Assembly: GCA_963708075.1 (NCBI GenBank)
Contig: OY970194.1
Location: forward strand, 3,104,001-3,168,000
Length of the DNA: 64,000 bases
Reading direction: 5' to 3'
Origin: Sedimentisphaerales bacterium
GTDB taxonomy: Bacteria > Planctomycetota > Phycisphaerae > Sedimentisphaerales > Anaerobacaceae
In this document: positions 60,624 through 64,000 of the stretch, one piece after another
How positions within the stretch are numbered: position 1 is the first letter of the stretch
Layout of the letters: the number at the start of each line of letters is the position of its first letter
Translations under genes and position numbers: made by a program
The notes under the pieces: generated by a model
Seen by the model: the letters and a program-made list of their open reading frames with translations, nothing else
Told to the model about the DNA's origin: nothing
Database searches by the model: none

Positions 60624-61361
60624 TTAGGTGCCTCCTGTTTCAAAATCATTTGCTATCGTGAATATGGATGAAACAGCGCCTTTTGCCGTGGCCTTTGAGA
60701 TAGTGTGCCTCGGACAACTCTCCCCTTGCAGATGAACAATATTACGAAATTGCCGAACGGAGTCAGCGAGTCTATGGATTGCCCCCTTAAGAAGTCTGTT
60801 TCTCTCACAGGCTCGTATGTACGAGTCCAATGTGTCCCCCGCCTGAGCGACCTTTCTGTGTTCAAGGTAAAGCCGAAGCAGTTCCTCGATAACTCCCCCG
60901 GCCAAGACAACTGCCGGCTTGCTGAATCCAGCGTGTGCAAGTATGAATGCGTGCTCGACATCCCGGAATATCACCTTTCTCTTGAAGCCATCTTTCACGA
61001 AGTTGATTCTCTTTCCGAAAGTCATTTTCGAGACACCATATTCCTTCCTTATCTCCAGCCATGTGTCAACTATGTAGGTCATGTCCAGTGTCTCGTCTAC
61101 TGGTCTTCCGTCTTGTCTTGCCGCGTCCATTTGACTGTCCCTCATTCGAGTCCTGAGTTCATCCAGATACTCCCTGCCAGCTAACGTAATCTCCGGGTCC
61201 AAGTATGCCACCCCCTCGCAGGATGAAGCGTCCGTTGCATCGAGGTAACCTGCATTCACCAGTTGCTTGATTATGGCGACTGGCAGATCAGAAGTCGCAT
61301 CGATTCTATCTGGTAGTTTACCTTGGGCCGCCATCTCTAAGATCATCTTGTACTGTCTCAT
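60624..61361 (-). CDS. Lower-GC protein with a putative C-terminal HEPN/DUF4145-like domain
   Basis: AVVLAGGVIEELL...LDSYI...DSVRQFRNIVH, with an N-terminal wHTH-like end ITLAGREYL. The DNA is visibly more AT-rich than its flanks. Confidence 0.65.
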   Translation of the reverse strand: MRQYKMILEMAAQGKLPDRIDATSDLPVAIIKQLVNAGYLDATDASSCEGVAYLDPEITLAGREYLDELRTRMRDSQMDAARQDGRPVDETLDMTYIVDTWLEIRKEYGVSKMTFGKRINFVKDGFKRKVIFRDVEHAFILAHAGFSKPAVVLAGGVIEELLRLYLEHRKVAQAGDTLDSYIRACERNRLLKGAIHRLADSVRQFRNIVHLQGESCPRHTISKATAKGAVSSIFTIANDFETGGT

Positions 61362-61504
61362 ATTGCTATTGTCTCCATGAAGATCGGCAGGACAACGCCC
61401 GGTCGAGAGAGATTAACATTCTCGTTGAGATAATCCGCTTTCGCGAGCGAGAAGTCAACGTCTTGCATCCTGCTGCAAACTAGAAGAGCGACGTCTCGCG
61501 TGGT

Positions 61505-61726
61505 TCATGGTCTATCTGCCTGGGCATCTATTGTGACGATGCGCCTTCTCCAAGAGAAGTACCAGATGGCGCCGACCACGCTGCCGGTGATGAGGACGAG
61601 GAACCATGTGAGCTTGTGCGTGCGGCTCTCAAAGTCCCTGCCGTCCCGCATGAGCAGGTCAACTACCTGGATCAGCCAGAAGATAATGGCCACAAAGGCC
61701 ACCAAGTAGAATATTGATGCGGCCAT
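61505..61726 (-). CDS. Small two-TM protein (PLDc N-terminal-like)
   Basis: GGGAG RBS and FW...VDL...F....KLTW......VVGAIWYF. Confidence 0.7.
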   Translation of the reverse strand: MAASIFYLVAFVAIIFWLIQVVDLLMRDGRDFESRTHKLTWFLVLITGSVVGAIWYFSWRRRIVTIDAQADRP

Positions 61727-61757
61727 AGTCTGTGCTCCCTGCGTATATCGAACGCGA

Positions 61758-63443
61758 TTATGGTTGGACTTCCACCGGTGAATTTCTCAGCCAGTTTGAT
61801 GCCAGGAGCGAGAGGTCGGCGGCGTTGATTAGGCCGCTGTTGTCGAAATCGGCTCGGATGTCGTACTGCGGCTGCTCTTTCGATGCGAGCCAGCACGCTG
61901 ACAGGACGGCACAGTCGCCGAGGTCAATCGTGTTGTCATGGCTGGCGTTGCCTTCCAGCAGCATGCCCAGGTCCACAGACGTGTGTGGCAGTGAGATAAC
62001 AACGCCTCTTTTGACGTTCATCAGGGTGGACTCGCCATGGACGGTGATATCGTAGGTCCCTGGCGCGACACCTGTGACCTCGCAGACAGCCGTATCTGCT
62101 GTGGCGGACTTCGTCGCAGTCAATTTGAATTCTTGGGTCGCGGTGTCACTCAATACGTTGGCTCCAGGTGTGAAGAGCCGGACGGTCAGTGGAAGGCTCC
62201 TGTCTGCGTCGGGGCGGCTGTCGTCCTGCAGCGTCACAGAGATGGATACGACGGCTCCCGGTGCACCGATGCTGACAATCACCTGGGGTACGTAGGGCGC
62301 AGGGATATTCGTGGCGGACTGAATGGCCTGCCGCTCGGCGGCGCTGAGCTTGGGCTTAAAGTGACAGCCCAGACCGATCGCACTGGCCTGGAGGAGCATA
62401 TTGCCGGCGATGAACCCGGGCTCCAATTGGGCGAACTCCTGGCCCGCGTTGGCCGAATCGAGACAGAGGATGACGTAGCACGGAGCATGGGGCAGACCGG
62501 CAATGGCGGATTGCAGACCGACCCGGGCATCCGCAGGCAATGGATCGACAGGCAACCGCCCGCGTCCATCGCCGGCGGTGACGAGACGCTCGATCCGATG
62601 GTCCTTCGTCGCCATGTCCGTGATGACCTTTCGGTTCAGATACCGATACACTCCGTCCTCTTTGACGATGTAGAGGCTGCGCGTCAGGTAGTAGTTGGCG
62701 TAGGCGGAGGGGACGGTCAGGCCCGCCCTGCCGTTCGACGTGGTATGAGCGGTGCAGCCGTAGCCGGCCCACAGGATTTGGGAGAGTTGGGGCAGCGTCA
62801 GGCTCGTCCGGGCGAAGCTGCTGGTGTAGGTCAGATGGGCCAGGACCTCTTCGAGACTGTCGTCGCCCGTCGAGCATGGATCGGGCAGCCAGCCGGGCTG
62901 GCCCTCGGGCACCGACGAATGTACAGCCGGCGAAGAGGTCAATCCCTTACCCGCCTGCACTCCGAAAAACACGCTTGTCCTTGGAAACCCGGCCCCTTTC
63001 GGGCAGGACGCCATCGGCGATTCCGTGCTGTTGGACAGAGACACGGACGCGAGCATTGCGGGCATGAACATAGTTCCTGCATCGAACGCAAGCTCGGCCT
63101 CATACCGGATCGCGAAAGCCCCCTCGCCGTTGACCTCGTTGGAATGCCACTTCAGCGAGTGGTCGTTGGGATCGTACAGGTACGTCCCGCCGGATGTGGC
63201 GACATAAATGTCCCTGTGGCTCCCTGCCACCGGCATCCTCCCGGCCGCCCACAGGACGTTGCTCAACTGCTGGACGCTGGCCGTGCCGCGAAGCGAGTGC
63301 TGTGAGTACCGGCTGTTCAGGCACAACTCCACCGAATTGCGTGTCACGGCGGGCTGCGGAAGAGGTCCCGCTTTGATCCCCTGGGCATGACAAACCACCG
63401 TTCCCACGGCCAGAACCACAACTGCCACCATTACCCGCTTCAT
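61758..63443 (-). CDS. Secreted tandem nitroreductase-fold (SagB/ThcOx-like) protein with C-terminal beta-sandwich and dockerin-like domain
   Basis: Signal peptide, LSNVLWAAG and LSQILWAGYG..TVPSA, GFIAGNMLLQASAIGLG. Paired EF-hand-like loops GNASHDNTIDLGD and ADFDNSGLINAAD. Confidence 0.78.
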   Translation of the reverse strand: MKRVMVAVVVLAVGTVVCHAQGIKAGPLPQPAVTRNSVELCLNSRYSQHSLRGTASVQQLSNVLWAAGRMPVAGSHRDIYVATSGGTYLYDPNDHSLKWHSNEVNGEGAFAIRYEAELAFDAGTMFMPAMLASVSLSNSTESPMASCPKGAGFPRTSVFFGVQAGKGLTSSPAVHSSVPEGQPGWLPDPCSTGDDSLEEVLAHLTYTSSFARTSLTLPQLSQILWAGYGCTAHTTSNGRAGLTVPSAYANYYLTRSLYIVKEDGVYRYLNRKVITDMATKDHRIERLVTAGDGRGRLPVDPLPADARVGLQSAIAGLPHAPCYVILCLDSANAGQEFAQLEPGFIAGNMLLQASAIGLGCHFKPKLSAAERQAIQSATNIPAPYVPQVIVSIGAPGAVVSISVTLQDDSRPDADRSLPLTVRLFTPGANVLSDTATQEFKLTATKSATADTAVCEVTGVAPGTYDITVHGESTLMNVKRGVVISLPHTSVDLGMLLEGNASHDNTIDLGDCAVLSACWLASKEQPQYDIRADFDNSGLINAADLSLLASNWLRNSPVEVQP

Positions 63444-63608
63444 TCTGAGCCCTCCGAAAATCGCCGACAACTCAACTCACTCCCACCATGTCCCCGTGCC
63501 GTCCCGGCGAGAACAGGACGGGAGCCATCTCAGCCAATGTGCGTCTATTCTAAGCCCGATGCTGGCAACAGGCAAACATCTTGTTGCCGTCCTCGCACCT
63601 TGTTGCGC

Positions 63609-64000
63609 TCACTCCGAGGAGGTCATGAGAATCTTCTCGTGCTCCTGCGCCACAGGTCGAGCGCTTTCTGAGGCGGGAGTTCGCCGGCGATGGCTTGATG
63701 GACGTACCGCTGATAGATCTGCAGCAGTTGGGGATAAGCGGGCAGGTGCCAGTAGTCCCTGGTCAGACTCATCGAAAGGGAAAACGACTTGTTGGCGGGG
63801 CTCGCGCCGAGAAACTTGGGGTCGCTAAGGATGGCTTTCAGCCCGCTCTTTCCACCACCCTGGACCCACTTCCATTGCTGCTCCGGGCTCATGAACCATT
63901 CAAGGAACTTCCACGCCTCGTCCTTGTTCCTGGAATACTGGCTGATCGACACGCCCTGGCCGCCAACCATGACGAAGCGGCGGAAGGCGCCGTCTTGCCC
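63609..64000 (-). CDS. Sugar ABC transporter substrate-binding protein, C-terminal part (5'-truncated); possible frameshift near 63650
   Basis: GGQGVSISQYSRNKDEAWKFLEWF and AIAGELPPQKALD. As read it stops at 63623; restoring one base gives AQEHEKIL and a stop at 63609. Confidence 0.75.

Noticed and set aside
60560..60630. Integron attC site after the HEPN-like gene
   Set aside because: ACCTAAC matches the R'' box, but no complementary GTTRRRY at a plausible distance, no extended hairpin and no integrase were found.

Overview
GC-rich bacterial DNA. The gene repertoire suggests a Planctomycetota (Phycisphaerae/Sedimentisphaerales-like) genome; this is inference. The main feature is a 17 kb tandem array (8470-25751, minus strand) of five paralogous secreted ~1050-1180 aa proteins. 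They share one scaffold: signal peptide, variable slot A, two YYWRVDE modules, variable slot B, a third YYWRVDE module and a constant C-terminal region ending in D[DS]xxVxKP. The slots hold mosaic LamG, PA14 or unnamed domains. Other genes encode carbohydrate and periplasmic enzymes (DUF1080, beta-helix, GH51, Gfo/Idh/MocA pair, hydrolases), PepF, GdhA with a divergent LuxR regulator, an ABC exporter, ABC-F, NYN, LemA, YihY, a DUF4258/DUF2283 pair, a HEPN-like lower-GC gene and a secreted nitroreductase-dockerin fusion. Thirteen apparent frameshifts are present, and 12 sit on GAGACC/GGTCTC or GCGC, which points to methylation-linked sequencing errors rather than pseudogenes. Several REP/MITE-like and 7-mer repeat families occur, some bracketing small genes. 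No rRNA, tRNA, CRISPR array, integrase, transposase or reverse transcriptase was seen.
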